The notes below the pieces were generated by a model. That model was not told the DNA's origin, made no database searches, and saw only the letters and a list, made by a program, of their open reading frames with translations. Both the position numbers and the translations under genes were made by a program. From the human T2T-CHM13v2.0 reference genome, Homo sapiens: a DNA stretch of 64,000 nucleotides. The stretch lies in NCBI RefSeq assembly GCF_009914755.1, contig NC_060933.1, one strand, 5' to 3'. How positions within the stretch are numbered: position 1 is the first letter of the stretch; each line of letters begins with the position of its first letter. This document shows, piece after piece, positions 13,925 through 29,100 of this stretch.

Positions 13925-16090
13925 ATCAACCCGATGCAATGGAATGCAGTGGAATGGAATGGAATGGAATGGAAACATCCCGAATGGAATGGAATGGAAT
14001 GGAGTGTAAGGGAATTGAATAGAATCAATCCGAATGTAATGGAATGGAATGGAATGAAATGGAATGGAATGGAATGGAATGGAATCAACCCGAGTGCAAT
14101 GGAATGGATTTGAATGGAATGGAATGGAATGGAATGGATTCAACAAGAATGGAATGGAAAGGAATGGAATCAACCCTAGTGTAATGGCATGGAATGGAAT
14201 GGAATGGAATGGAATGGAATGGGATGGAATGGAATGGTACGGAATAGAATGGAATGGAATGGAATGGAATGGAATGGAATGGAATGGAATGGAATGAACC
14301 CGTGTGCAATATAATGGAATGGAATGGAATGGAATAGATTCAACTCGAATGGAATCAACTCGATTGCAATGGAATGGAATGGAATGGAAAGGAATAGAAT
14401 GGAATCAACCCGAGTGGAATGGAATGGAAAGGACTGGAATGGAGTGGAATGGAATGGAATGGAATTAACCCGAATAGAATGGAATGGAATGGAATGGAAC
14501 GGAATGTAATGGAATGGAATGGAATGGATTCAACCCGAGTGCAGGGGAATGGAATGGAATGGAATGCAATGAAATGGAATCATCCGGAATGGAATGGAAT
14601 GGAATGGAATGGAATGGAATGGAATGGAATCAACTCGATTTCAATGGAATGGAATGGAATAGAATGGAATGGAATTAACACGAATAGAATGGAATGGAAT
14701 TGAATGGAATGGAATGGAACGGAAAGGAATGGAATGGAATGGAATGGAATCAACCCAAGTACAGGGGAATGGAATGGAATGGAATTCAATGGAATGGAAT
14801 CATCCGGAATGTAATGGAATGGAATGGAATGGAATGGAATGGAATGGAATGGAATGGAATCAACCCGACTGCAGGGGAATGGAATGGAACGGAATGCAAT
14901 AGAATGGAATCATAAGGAATGGAATGGAATGGAAAGGAATGGAATGGAATGGTATGGAATGGAATGGAATGATATGGAATGGAATGGAATGGTACGGAAT
15001 AGAATGGAATGGAACGCATTGTAATGGAATGGAATAGAATGGAATGGAATGGAATGGAATGGAATCAACGCGAGTGCAGGGGAATGTAATGGAACGGAAT
15101 GCAATGGAATGGAATCATCCGGAATGGAATGGAATGGAATGGAATGGAATGGAATGGAATCAACCCGAGTGCAATGGAATGGAGTGGAATGGAATGGAAT
15201 GGAATGGAACAACACGAATGGAATGGAATGGAATGGAATGCAATCAACCCGATGCAATGGAATGGAGTGGAATGGAATGGAATGGAATGGAAACATCCCG
15301 AATGGAATGGAATGGAATGGAGTGTAAAGGAATTGAATAGAATCAATCCGAATGTAATGGAATGGAATGGAATGAAATGGAATGGAATGGAATGGAATGG
15401 AATCAACCCGAGTGCAATGGAATGGATTCGAATGGAATGGAATGGAATGGAATGGATTCAACAAGAATGGAATGGAAAGGAATGGAATCAACCCGAGTGT
15501 AATGGCATGGAATGGAATGGAATGGAATGGAATGGGATGGAATGGAATGGTATGGAATAGAATGGAATGGAATGAATTGGAATGGAATGGAATGGAATGG
15601 AATCGAATGGAATGGAATGAACCCGTGTGCAAAGTAATGGAATGGAATGGAATGGAATGGATTCAACTCGAATGGAATCAACTCGATTGCAATGGAATGG
15701 AATGGAATGGAAAGGAATAGAATGGAATCAACCCGATTGGAATGGAATGGAAAGGACTGGAATGGAGTGGAATGGAATGGAATGGAATTAACCCGAATAG
15801 CATGGAATGGAATGGAATGCAACGGAATGTAATGGAATGGAATGGAATGGATTCAACCCGAGTGCAGGGGAATGGAATGGAATGGAATGCAATGGAATGG
15901 AATCATCCGGAATGGAATGGAATGGAATGGAATGGAATGGAATGGAATCAACTCGATTTCAATGGAATGGAATGGAATAGAATGTAATGGAATTAACACG
16001 AATAGAATGGAATGGAATTGAATGGAATGGAATGGAACGGAAAGGAATGGAATGGAATGGAATGGAATCAACCCAAGTGCATGGAATGGA
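13925..16090 (+). repeat. Older duplication with about 1.32 kb spacing (13925-~14800 vs 15243-~16090)
   Basis: Both carry the same ordered rare words: CAACCCGATGC, GAAACATCCCG, TTCAACAAGAA, GTGTAATGGCATGG, GAACCCGTGTGC, CGATTTCAAT, TTAACACG, CCCAAGT. Several substitutions separate the copies. Confidence 0.75.
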
Positions 16091-19000
16091 ATGGAATGGA
16101 ATGGAATGGAAACATCCGGAATGGAATGGAATGCAATGGAATGGAATGGAATGGAATCAACCCGAGTGCAATGGAATGGAGAGGAATGGAATGGAATGGA
16201 ACGAAAAATATCCGAATGGAATGGAATGTAATGGAGTGTAGGGGAATTGAATAGAATCAATCCGAATGTAATGGAATGGAACGGAATGGAATGGAATGCA
16301 ATGGAATGCAATCAACCCGAGTGCAATCGAATGGATTCGAATGGAATGGAATGCAATGGAATGGATTCAACTTGAATGGAATGGAAAGAATGGAATCAAC
16401 ACGAGTGGAATGGCATGGAATGGAATGGAATGGAATGGAATCAACCCGAGTACAGGGGAATGGAATGGAATGGAATGCAATGGAATGGAATCATCCGTAA
16501 TGTAATGGAAAGGAATGGAATGGAATGGAATGGAATGGAATGGAATCAACTCGATTGCAATCGAATGGAATGGAATGGAATTAACCCGAATAGAATGGAA
16601 TGGAATGGAATGGAACGGAACGGAATGGAATGGAATGGAATGGAATGCAATGGAATGGAATGGAACGGAACGGAATGGAATGGAATGGAATGGAATGGAA
16701 TGGAATTGAAAGGAATAAACGCGAGTGCAGGGGAATGGAATGGAATGGAATGCAATGGAATGGAATCTTCCGGAATGGAATGGAATGGAATGGAATGGAA
16801 TGGAATGCAATGGATTCAACTCGATTGCAATGGAATGGAATAGAATGGAATGGAATGGAATGGAATGGAATTAACCTGAATAGAATGGAATGGAATGGAA
16901 TGGAACGGAACGGAACGGAACGGAATGGAATGGAATGGAATGGAATGGAATTGTATGGAATGGAATCGAACGGTACGGAATAGAATGGAATGGAAAGAAT
17001 TGGAATGGAATGGAATCGAATGGAATGGAATGGAATGGAATGGAATCAACCCGAGTGCAGGGGAATGTAATGAAACGGAATGCAATGGAATGGAATCATC
17101 CGGAATGGAATGTAATGTAATGGAATGGAATGGAATGGAATCAACACGAGTGCAATGGAATGGAGTGGAATGGAATGGAATGGAATGGAACAACCCGAAT
17201 GGAATGGAATGTAATGGAGAGTAAGGGAGTTGAATAGAATCAATCTTAATGTAATGGAATGGAACGGAATGGAATGGAATGGAATGCAATGGAATGGAAT
17301 CAACCCGAGTACAATGGAATGGAATGGAATGGAATGGAGAGGAATGGAATGGAATGGAATGGAAACTACCCGAATGGAATGGAATGTAATGGAGTGTAAG
17401 GGAATTGAATAGAATCAATCCGAATGGAATGGAATGGAATGGAACGGAATGTAATGTAATGGAATGGAATGGAATCAACCCGAGTGCAGGGGAATGGAAT
17501 GGAATGGAATGCAATGGAATGGAATCATCCGGAATGGAATGTAATGGAATGCAATGGAATGGAATGGAATGGAATCAACCCGAGTGCAATGGAATGGAGT
17601 GAAATGGAATGGAATGGAATGGAAACAACCAGAATGGATTGGAATATAATGGAGTGTAAGGGAATTGAATAGAATCAATCTGAATGTAATGAAATGGAAT
17701 GGAACGGAATGGAATGGAATGGAATGGAATGGAATGGAATGGAATGGAATGCAATGGAATGGAATCAACCCGAGTGCAATCGAATGGAATCGAATGGAAT
17801 GGAATGCAATGGAACGGATTCAACTTGAATGGAATGGAAAGAATGGAATCAACACGAGTGGAATGGCATGGATTGGAATGCAATGGAATGGAATCAACCC
17901 GAGTACAAGGGAATGGAATGGAATGGAATGCAATGGAATTGAATCATCCGTAATGGAATGGAATGGAATGGAATGGAATGGAATGGAATGGAATGGAATC
18001 AACTCGATTGCAATCGAATGGAATGGAATGGAATTAACCCGATTAGAATGGAATGGAAAGGAATGGAACAGAACGGAATGGAATGGAATGGAAAGGAAAG
18101 GAATGGAATGGAATGGAATGGAATGGAATTGAATGGAATGGAATCAACGCGAGTGCAGGGGAATGGAATGGAATGGAATGCAATGGAATGGAATCTTCCG
18201 GAATGGAATGCAATGGAATGGAATGGAATGCAATGGATTCAACTCGATTGCAATGGAATGGAATAGAATGGAATAAAATGGAATGGAAAGGAATGGAATG
18301 GAACGGAATGGAATGGAATGGAATGGAATGGAATAGAATGGAATTGAATGGAATGGAACGGAACGGAACGGAACGGAACGGAACGGAATGGAATGGAATG
18401 GAATGGAATGGAATTGTATGGAATAGAAAGGAATGGTACGGAATTGAATGGAATGGAAAGAATTGGAATGGAATGGAATGGAATGGAATGAAATCAACCC
18501 GAGTGCAGAGGAATGTAATGGATCGGAATGCAATGGAATGGAATCATCCGGAATTGAATGGAATGGAATGGAATGGAATGGAATGGAATGGAATGGAATC
18601 AACCCCAGTGCAATGGAATGGAGTGGAATGGAATGGAATGGAATGGAACAACACGAATGGAATGGAATGTAATGGAGAGTAAGGGAGTTGAATAGAATCA
18701 ACCCGAATGTAATGGAATGGAAGGGAACGTAATGGAATGGAATGGAGTGCAATGGAATGGAATCAACCCGAGTACAATGGAATAGAATGGAATGGAATGG
18801 AATGGAATGGAATGGAATGGAATGGAATGGAATCAACCCGAGTACAATGGAATGGAGAGGAATGGAATGGAATGGAATGGAAACTATCCGAATGGGATGG
18901 AATGTAATGAAGTGTAAGGGAATTGAATAGAATCAATCCGAATGTAATGGAATGCAATGGAACGGAATGCAATGTAATGGAATGGAATGGAATGGAATGG

Positions 19001-22000
19001 AATGCAATGGAATGGAATCAACCCGAGTGCAATCGAATGGAATCGAATTGAATGGAATGCAATGGAATGGATTCAACTTGAATGGAATGGAAAGAATGGA
19101 ATCAACACGAGTGGAATGGCATGGAATGGAATGGAATGGAATGGAATCAACCCGAGTACAGGGGAATGGAATGGAATGGAATGCAATGGAATGGAATCAT
19201 CCGTAATGTAATGGAAAGGAATGGAATGGAATGGAATGGAATGGAATGGAATGGAATCAACTCGATTGCAATCGAATGGAATGGAATGGAATTAACCCGA
19301 ATAAAATGGAATGGAATGGAACGGAACGGAACGGAACGGAATGGAATGGCATGGAATGGAACGGAACGGAACGGAATGGAATGGAATGGAATGGAATGGA
19401 ATGGAATGGAATCAACGCGAGTGCAGGGGAATGGAATGGAATGGATTGCAATTGAATGGAATCTTCCGGAATGGAATGGAATGGAATGGAATGGAATGGA
19501 ATGGAATGCAATGGATTCAACTCGATTGCAATGGAATGGAATAGAATGGAATGGAATGGAATGGAATGGAATGGAATTAACCCGAATAGAATGGAATGGA
19601 ATGGAACGGAATGGAACGGAACGGAATGGAATGGAATGGAATACAATGGAATGGAATGGAATGGAATGGAATGTTATGGAATGGAATGGAATGGAATGGA
19701 ATCAACGCGAGTGCAGGGGAATGTAATGGAACGGAATGCAATGGAATGGAATCATCCGGAATGGAATGGAATGGAATGGAATCAACCCGAGTGCAATAGA
19801 ATGGAGTGGAATGGAATGGAATGGAATGGAACAAACCGAATGGAATGGAATGTAATGGAGAGTAAGGGAGTTGAATAGAATCAATCCGAATGTAATGGAA
19901 TGGAATGGAACGGAATGGAATGGAATGGAATGGAATGGAATGTGAAGGAATGGAATCAACCCGAGTACAATGGAATGGAATGGCAAGGAATGGAATGGAA
20001 TGGAATGGAATGGAATGGAATGGAACTGAATGGATTGGAATTGAATGGAATGGAATGGCTTCAAACCGAATGGAAGGGAAAGGAATGGAATCAACACGAT
20101 TGGAATGGAGTGGAATGGAATGGAATAGAATGGAATGGAATGGTACAGAATAGAATGGATTTCAACGAAATGGAATGGAATAGAATGGAATGGAATGGAA
20201 TGGAATGGAATGGAATGGAATGGAATCGTTCCGAGTGGAATAGGAGGGAATGTATTCGAGGAATCAACCAGAGTGGAATGGAAGGGAATGGAATGGAATG
20301 GAAACTAATAGAATGGAATCAACCCGAGTGGAATGGAATGGAAAGGACTGGAATGGAATGGAATGGAATGGAATGGAATGGAATCAACTCGATTGTAATG
20401 GAATGGAATGGAATTGAATGGAATGGAATGGAATTAACCCGAATACAATGGAATGGAATGGAATGGAACGGAATGGAGTGGAATGGAATGGAATCTACCC
20501 GAGTGCAGGGGAATGGAATGGAATGGAATGCAATGGAATGGAATCATCCGGAATGGAATGGAATGGAATGGAATGCAAAGCAATGGAATCAACTCGATTG
20601 CAATGGAATGGAATGGAATGGAAAGGAATACATTGGAATCAACCCGAGTGGAATGGAATGGAAAGGACTGGAATGGAGTGGAATGGAATGGAATGGAATG
20701 GAATGGAAACAACTCGATTGGAATGGAATGGAATGGAATGGAATGGAATTAACCCGAATAGAATGGAATTGAATGGAATGGAAAGGAACGGAATGGAATG
20801 GAATGGAATGGAATGGAATGGAATGGAATCAACCCGACTGCAGGGGAATGGAATGGAATGGAATGCAATGGAATGGATTCAACTTCAATGGAATGGAAAG
20901 AATGGAATCAACACGAGTGGAATGGCATGGATTGGAATGGAATGGAATGGAATTAACCCGAGTACAAGGGAATGGAATGGAATGGAATGCAATGGAATGG
21001 AATCATCCGTAATGGAATGGAAAGGAATGGAATGGAATGGAATGGAATGGAATAGAATGGAATGGAATCAACTCGATTGCAATCGAATGGAATGGAATGG
21101 AATTAACCCGAATAAAATGGAATGGAATCGAATGGAACGGAACGGAACGGAATGGAATGGATTGGAATGGAATGGAATGGAATGGAACGGAATGGAATGG
21201 AATGGAATGGAATGGAATGGAATGGAATCAACGCGAGTGCAGGGGAATGGAATGGAATGGAATGCAATGGAATGGAATCTTCCGGAATGGAATGGAATGG
21301 AATGGAATGGAATGGAATGGAATAAACCCGAGTACAATGGAATGGAGTGGAATGGAATGGAATGGAATGGAACAACCCGAATGGAATGGAATGTAATGGA
21401 GAGTAAGGGAGTTGAATAGAATCAATCCGAATGTAATGGAATGGAATGGAACGGAATGGAATTGAATGGAATGGAATGGAATGCAATGGAATGGAATCAA
21501 CCCGAGAGCAATGGAATGGAGAGGAATGGAATGGAATGGAATGGAAACTACCCGAATGGAATGGAATGTAATGGAGGGTAAGGGAATTGAATAGAATCAA
21601 TCTGAATCTAATGGAATGGAATGGAACGGAATGGAATGGAATGGAATGGAATGGAATGGAATGGAATGCAATGGAATGGAATGAACCCGAGTGCAATCGA
21701 ATGGAATCGAATGGAATGGAATGCAATGGAATGGATTCAACTTGAATGGAATGGAAAGAATGGAATCAACACGAGTGGAATGGCATGGATTGGAATGGAA
21801 TGGAATGGAATCAACCCGAGTACAGGGGAATGGAATGGAATGGAATGCAATGGAATGGAATCACCCGTAATGGAATGGAAAGGAATGGAATGGAATGGAA
21901 TGGAATGGAATGGAATGGAATGGAATCCACTCGATTGCAATCGAATGGAATGGAATGGAATTAACCCGAATAGAATGGAATGGAATGGAATGGAACGGAA

Positions 22001-22749
22001 CGGAATGGAATGGAATGGAATGGAAAGGAATGGAACGGAACGGAACGGAATGGATGGAATGGAATGGAATGGAATGGAATGGAATCAAAGCGAGTGCAAG
22101 GGAATGGAATGGAATGGAATGCAATGGAATGGAATCTTCCGGAATGGAATGGAATGGAATGGAATGGAATGAAATGCAATGGATTCAACTCGATTGCAAT
22201 GGAATGGAATAGAATGGAATGGAATGGAATGGAACGGAATGGAACGGAATGGAATGGAATGGAATGGAATGGAATGGTATGGAATGGAATGGAATGGTAT
22301 GGAATAGAATGGAATGGAACGAATTGTAATGGAATGGAATTGAATGGAATGGAATGGAATGGAATGGAATCAACGCGAGTGCAGGGGAATGTAATGGAAC
22401 GGAATGCAATGGAATGGAATCATCCGGAATGGAATGGAATGGAATGGAATGGAATGGAATGGAATCAACCCGAGTGCAATGGAATGGAGTGGAATGGAAT
22501 GGAATGGAATGGAACAACCCGAATGGAATGGAATGTAATGGAGAGTAAGGGAGTTGAATATAATCAATCCGAATGTAATGGAATTGGATGCAACGGAATG
22601 GAAAGGAATGGAATGGAATGGAATGGAATGCAATGGAATGGAATGCAATGGAATGGAATCAACCCGAGTACAATGGAACGGAATGTAATTTAATGTAATG
22701 GAATGGAATGGAATGGAATGGAATGGAATGGAATGGAATGGAATCAACC

Positions 22750-25700
22750 CGAGTGCAATGGAATGGAGAGGAATGGAATGGAATGGAATGGAAACTACCC
22801 GAATGGAATGGAATGTAATGGAGTGTAAGGGAATTGAATACTATCAATCCGAATGTAATGGAATGGAATGGAACGGAATGGAATGGAATGGAATGGAATG
22901 GAATGGAATGGAATGCAAAGGAATGGAATCAACCCGAGTGCAATCGAATGGAATCGAATGGAATGGAATGCAATGGAATGGATTCAACTTGAATGGAATG
23001 GAAAGAATGGAATCAACACGAGTGGAATGGCATGGATTGGAAAGGAATGGAATGGAATCAACCCGAGTACAGGGGAACGGAATGGAATGGAATGCAATGG
23101 AATGGAATCATCCGTAATGGAATGGAAAGGAATGGAATGGAAGGGAATGGAATGGAATGGAATGGAATCAACTCGATTGCAATCGAATGGAATGGAATGG
23201 AATTAACCCGAATAGAAAGGAATGGAATGGAACGGAACGGAACGGAATGGAATGGAATGGAATGGAATGAAGTGGAATAGATCGGAACGGAATGGAATGG
23301 AATGGAATGGAATGCAATGGAATGGAATGGAATCAACGCGAGTGCAGGGGAATGGAATGGAATGGAATGCAATGGAATGGAATCTTCCTGAATGGAATGG
23401 AATGGAATAGAATGAAATGCAATGGATTCAACTCGATTGCAATGGAATGGAATAGAATGGAATGGAATGGAATGGAATGGAATTAACCCGAATAGAATGG
23501 AATGGAATGGAATGGAACGGAATGGAACGGAATGGAATGGAATGGAATGGAATGGAATGGTATGGAATGGAATGGAATGGTACGGAATAGAATGGAATGG
23601 AACCAATTGTAATGGAATGGAATTGAATGGAATGGAATGGAATGGAATGGAATCAACGCGAGTGCAGGGGAATGTAATGGAACGGAATGCAATGGAATGG
23701 AATCATCCGGAATGGAATGGAATGGAATGGAATGGAATGGAATGGAATGGAATCAACCCGAGGGCAATGGAATGGAGTGGAATGGAATGGAATGGAATGG
23801 AACAACCCGAATGGAATGGAATGTAATGGAGAGTAAGTGAGTTGAATAGAATCAATCCGAATGTAATGGAATGGAACGGAATGGAATGGAATGCAATGGA
23901 ATGGAATCAACCCGAGTACAATGGAACGGAATGGAATGGAATGGAATGGAATGGAATGGAATGGAATGGAATGGAATGGAATGGAATGGAATGGAATGGA
24001 ATGGAATCAACCCGAGTGCAATGGAATGGAGAGGAATGGAATGGAATGGAATGGAATGGAATGGAAACTACCCGAATGGAATGGAATGTAATGGAGTGTA
24101 AGGGAATTGAATAGAATCAATCCGAATGGAATGGAATGGAATGGAACGGAATGTAATGGAATGGAATGGAATGGAATCAACCCCAGTTCAGGGGAATGGA
24201 ATGGAATGGAATGCAATGGAATGGAATCATCCGGAATGGAATGGAATGGAATGCAATGGAATGGAATGGAATGGAATCAACCCGAGTGCAATGGAATCGA
24301 GTGAAATGGAATGGAATGGAATGGAAACAACCAGAATGGATTGGAATATAATGGAGTGTAAGGGAATTGAAAAGAATCAATCTGAATGTAATGAAATGGA
24401 ATGGAACGGAATGGAATGGAATGGAATGAAATGGAATGCAATGGAATGGAATCAACCCGAGTGCAATCGAATGGAATCGAATGGAATGGAATGCAATGGA
24501 ATGGATTCAACTAGAATGGAAAGGAAAGAATGGAATCAACACGAGTGGAATGGCATGGATTGGAATGGAATGGAATGGAATCAACCCGAGTACAGGAGAA
24601 TGGAATGGAATGGAATGCAATGGAATGGAATCATCAGTAATGGAATGGAAAGGAATGGAAAGGACTGGAATGGAATGGAATGGAATGGAATGGAATGGAA
24701 TGGAATCAACTCGATTGCAATCGAATGGAATGGAATGGAATTAACCCGAATAGAATGGAATGGAATGGAATGGAACGGAACGGAATGGAATGGAATGGAA
24801 TGGAATGGAAAGGAAAGGAATGGAATGGAATGGAATGGAATGGAATGGAATGCCATGGAATCAACGCGAGTGCAGGGGAATGGAATGGAATCGAATGGAA
24901 TGGAAAGGAATGGAATGGAATCAACCCGAGTGCAGGGGAATGTAATGGAACGGAATGCAATGGAATGGAATCATCCGGAATGGAATGGAATGGAATGGAA
25001 TGGAATGGAATGGAATGGAATCAACGCGAGTGCAGGGGAATGGAATGGAATGGAATGCAATGGAATGGAATCTTCCGGAATGGAATGGAATGGAATGGAA
25101 TGGAATGCAATGGATTCAACTCGATTGCAATGGAATGGAATAGAATGGAATGGAATGCAATGGGATGGAATTAACCGGAATAGAATGGAATGGAATGGAA
25201 TGGAACGGAACGGAACGTAACGGAACGGAACGGAACGGAATGGAATGGAATGCAATGGAATTGTATGGAATGGAATGGTATGGTACGGAATATAATGGAA
25301 TGGAAAGAATTGGAATGGAATGGAATCGAATGGAATGGAATGGAATGGAATAGAAACAACCCGAGTGCAGGGGAATGTAATGGAATGGAATGTAATGGAA
25401 TGGAATCATCCGGAATGGAATGGAATGGAATGGAATCAACCCGAGTGCAATGGAATGGAGTGGAATGGAATGGAATGGAATGGAACAACCCGAATGGAAT
25501 GGAATGTAATGGAGAGTAAGGGAGTTGAATAGAATCAATCCGAATGTAATGGAATAGAATGGAACGGAATGGAATTGAATGGAATGGAATGGAATGCAAT
25601 GGAATGGAATCACCCCGAGTGCAATGGAATGGAGAGGAATGGAATGGAATGGAATGGAAACTACCCGAATGGAATGGAATGTAATGGAGTGTAAGGGAAT

Positions 25701-28700
25701 TGAATAGTATCAATCCGAATGTAATGGAATGGAATGGAACGGAATGGAATGGAATGGAATGGAATGGAATGGAATGGAATGCAAAGGAATGGAATCAACC
25801 CGAGTGCAATCGAATGGAATCGAATGGAATGGAATGCAATGGAATGGATTCAACTTGAATGGAATGGAAAGAATGGAATCAACACGAGTGGAATGGCATG
25901 GATTGGAAAGGAATGGAATGGAATCAACCCGAGTACAGGGGAATGGAATGGAATGGAATGCAATGGAATGGAATCATCCGTAATGGAATGGAAAGGAATG
26001 GAATGGAAGGGAATGGAATGGAATGGAATGGAATCAACTCGATTGCAATCGAATGGAATGGAATGGAATTAACCCGAATAGAAAGGAATGGAATGGAACG
26101 GAACGGAACGGAATGGAATGGAATGGAATGGAATGAAGTGGAATAGATCGGAACGGAATGGAATGGAATGGAATGGAATGCAATGGAATGGAATGGAATC
26201 AACGTGAGTGCAGGGGAATGGAATGGAATGGAATGCAATGGAATGGAATCTTCCTGAATGGAATGGAATGGAATAGAATGAAATGCAATGGATTCAACTC
26301 GATTGCAATGGAATGGAATAGAATGGAATGGAATGGAATGGAATGGAATTAACCCGAATAGAATGGAATGGAATGGAATGGAACGGAATGGAACGGAATG
26401 GAATGGAATGGAATGGAATAGAATGGTATGGAATGGAATGGAATGGTACGGAATAGAATGGAATGGAACCAATTGTAATGGAATGGAATTGAATGGAATG
26501 GAATGGAATGGAATGGAATCAACGCGAGTGCAGGGGAATGTAATGGAACGGAATGCAATGGAATGGAATCATCCGGAATGGAATGGAATGGAATGGAATG
26601 GAATGGAATGGAATCAACCCGAGGGCAATGGAATGGAGTGGAATGGAATGGAATGGAATGGAACAACCCGAATGGAATGGAATGTAATGGAGAGTAAGTG
26701 AGTTGAATAGAATCAATCCGAATGTAATGGAATGGAACGGAATGGAATGGAATGCAATGGAATGGAATCAACCCGAGTACAATGGAACGGAATGGAATGG
26801 AATGTAATGGAATGGAATGGAATGGAATGGAATGGAATGGAATGGAATGGAATGGAATGGAATCAACCCGAGTGCAATGGAATGGAGAGGAATGGAATGG
26901 AATGGAATGGAATGGAATGGAAACTACCCGAATGGAATGGAATGTAATGGAGTGTAAGGGAATGGAATAGAATCAATCCGAATGGAATGGAATGGAATGG
27001 AACGGAATGTAATGGAATGGAATGGAATGGAATCAACCCCAGTTCAGGGGAATGGAATGGAATGGAATGCAATGGAATAGAATCATCCGGAATGGAATGG
27101 AATGGAATGCAATGGAATGGAATGGAATGGAATCAACCCGAGTGCAATGGAATCGAGTGAAATGGAATGGAATGGAATAGAAACAACCAGAATGGATTGG
27201 AATATAATGGAGTGTAAGGGAATTGAAAAGAATCAATCTGAATGTAATGAAATGGAATGGAACGGAATGGAATGGAATGGAATGAAATGGAATGCAATGG
27301 AATGGAATCAACCCGAGTGCAATCGAATGGAATCGAATGGAATGGAATGCAATGGAATGGATTCAACTAGAATGGAAAGGAAAGAATGGAATCAACACGA
27401 GTGGAATGGCATGGATTGGAATGGAATGGAATGGAATCAACCCGAGTACAGGAGAATGGAATGGAATGGAATGCAATGGAATGGAATCATCAGTAATGGA
27501 ATGGAAAGAAATGGAAAGGACTGGAATGGAATGGAATGGAATGGAATGGAATGGAATGGAATCAACTCGATTGCAATCGAATGGAATGGAATGGAATTAA
27601 CCCGAATAGAATGGAATGGAATGGAATGGAACGGAACGGAATGGAATGGAATGGAATGGAATGGAAAGGAAAGGAATGGAATGGAATGGAAGGGAATGGA
27701 ATGGAATGCCATGGAATCAACGCGAGTGCAGGGGAATGGAATGGAATCGAATGGAATGGAAAGGAATGGAATGGAATCAACCCGAGTGCAGGGGAATGTA
27801 ATGGAACGGAATGCAATGGAATGGAATCATCCGGAATGGAATGGAATGGAATGGAATGGAATGGAATGGAATGGAATCAACGCGAGTGCAGGGGAATGGA
27901 ATGGAATGGAATGCAATGGAATGGAATCTTCCGGAATGGAATGGAATGGAATGGAATGGAATGCAATGGATTCAACTCGATTGCAATGGAATGGAATAGA
28001 ATGGAATGGAATGCAATGGGATGGAATTAACCGGAATAGAATGGAATGGAATGGAATGGAACGGAACGGAACGGAACGGAACGGAACGGAACGGAATGGA
28101 ATGGAATGCAATGGAATTGTATGGAATGGAATGGTATGGTACGGAATATAATGGAATGGAAAGAATTGGAATGGAATGGAATCGAATGGAATGGAATGGA
28201 ATGGAATAGAAACAACCCGAGTGCAGGGGAATGTAATGGAATGGAATGTAATGGAATGGAATCATCCGGAATGGAATGGAATGGAATGGAATCAACCCGA
28301 GTGCAATGGAATGGAGTGGAATGGAATGGAATGGAATGGAACAACCCGAATGGAATGGAATGTAATGGAGAGTAAGGGAGTTGAATAGAATCAATCCGAA
28401 TGTAATGGAATGGAATGGAACGGAATGGAATTGAATGGAATGGAATGGAATGCAATGGAATGGAATCACCCCGAGTGCAATGGAATGGAGAGGAATGGAA
28501 TGGAATGGAATGGAAACTACCCGAATGGAATGGAATGTAATGGAGTGTAAGGGAATTGAATACTATCAATCCGAATGTAATGGAATGGAATGGAACGGAA
28601 TGGAATGGAATGGAATGGAATGGAATGGAATGGAATGGAATGCAAAGGAATGGAATCAACCCGAGTGCAATCGAATGGAATCGAATGGAATGGAATGCAA

Positions 28701-29100
28701 TGGAATGGATTCAACTTGAATGGAATGGAAAGAATGGAATCAACACGAGTGGAATGGCATGGATTGGAAAGGAATGGAATGGAATCAACCCGAGTACAGG
28801 GGAATGGAATGGAATGGAATGCAATGGAATGGAATCATCCGTAATGGAATGGAAAGGAATGGAATGGAAGGGAATGGAATGGAATGGAATGGAATCAACT
28901 CGATTGCAATCGAATGGAATGGAATGGAATTAACCCGAATAGAAAGGAATGGAATGGAACGGAACGGAACGGAATGGAATGGAATGGAATGGAATGAAGT
29001 GGAATAGATCGGAACGGAATGGAATGGAATGGAATGGAATGCAATGGAATGGAATGGAATCAACGCGAGTGCAGGGGAATGGAATGGAATGGAATGCAAT
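22750..29100 (+). repeat. Tandem duplication, period about 2.86 kb, about 2.2 copies
   Basis: ORF offsets are 2866 (22993/25859), 2861 (25859/28720) and 2856 (24177/27033). The marker GAAGTGGAATAGATCGG occurs at about 23269, 26135 and 28996. CCCCAGTTCAGGGG, GCCATGG and CTTCCTGAAT occur in the first two copies. Confidence 0.9.
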
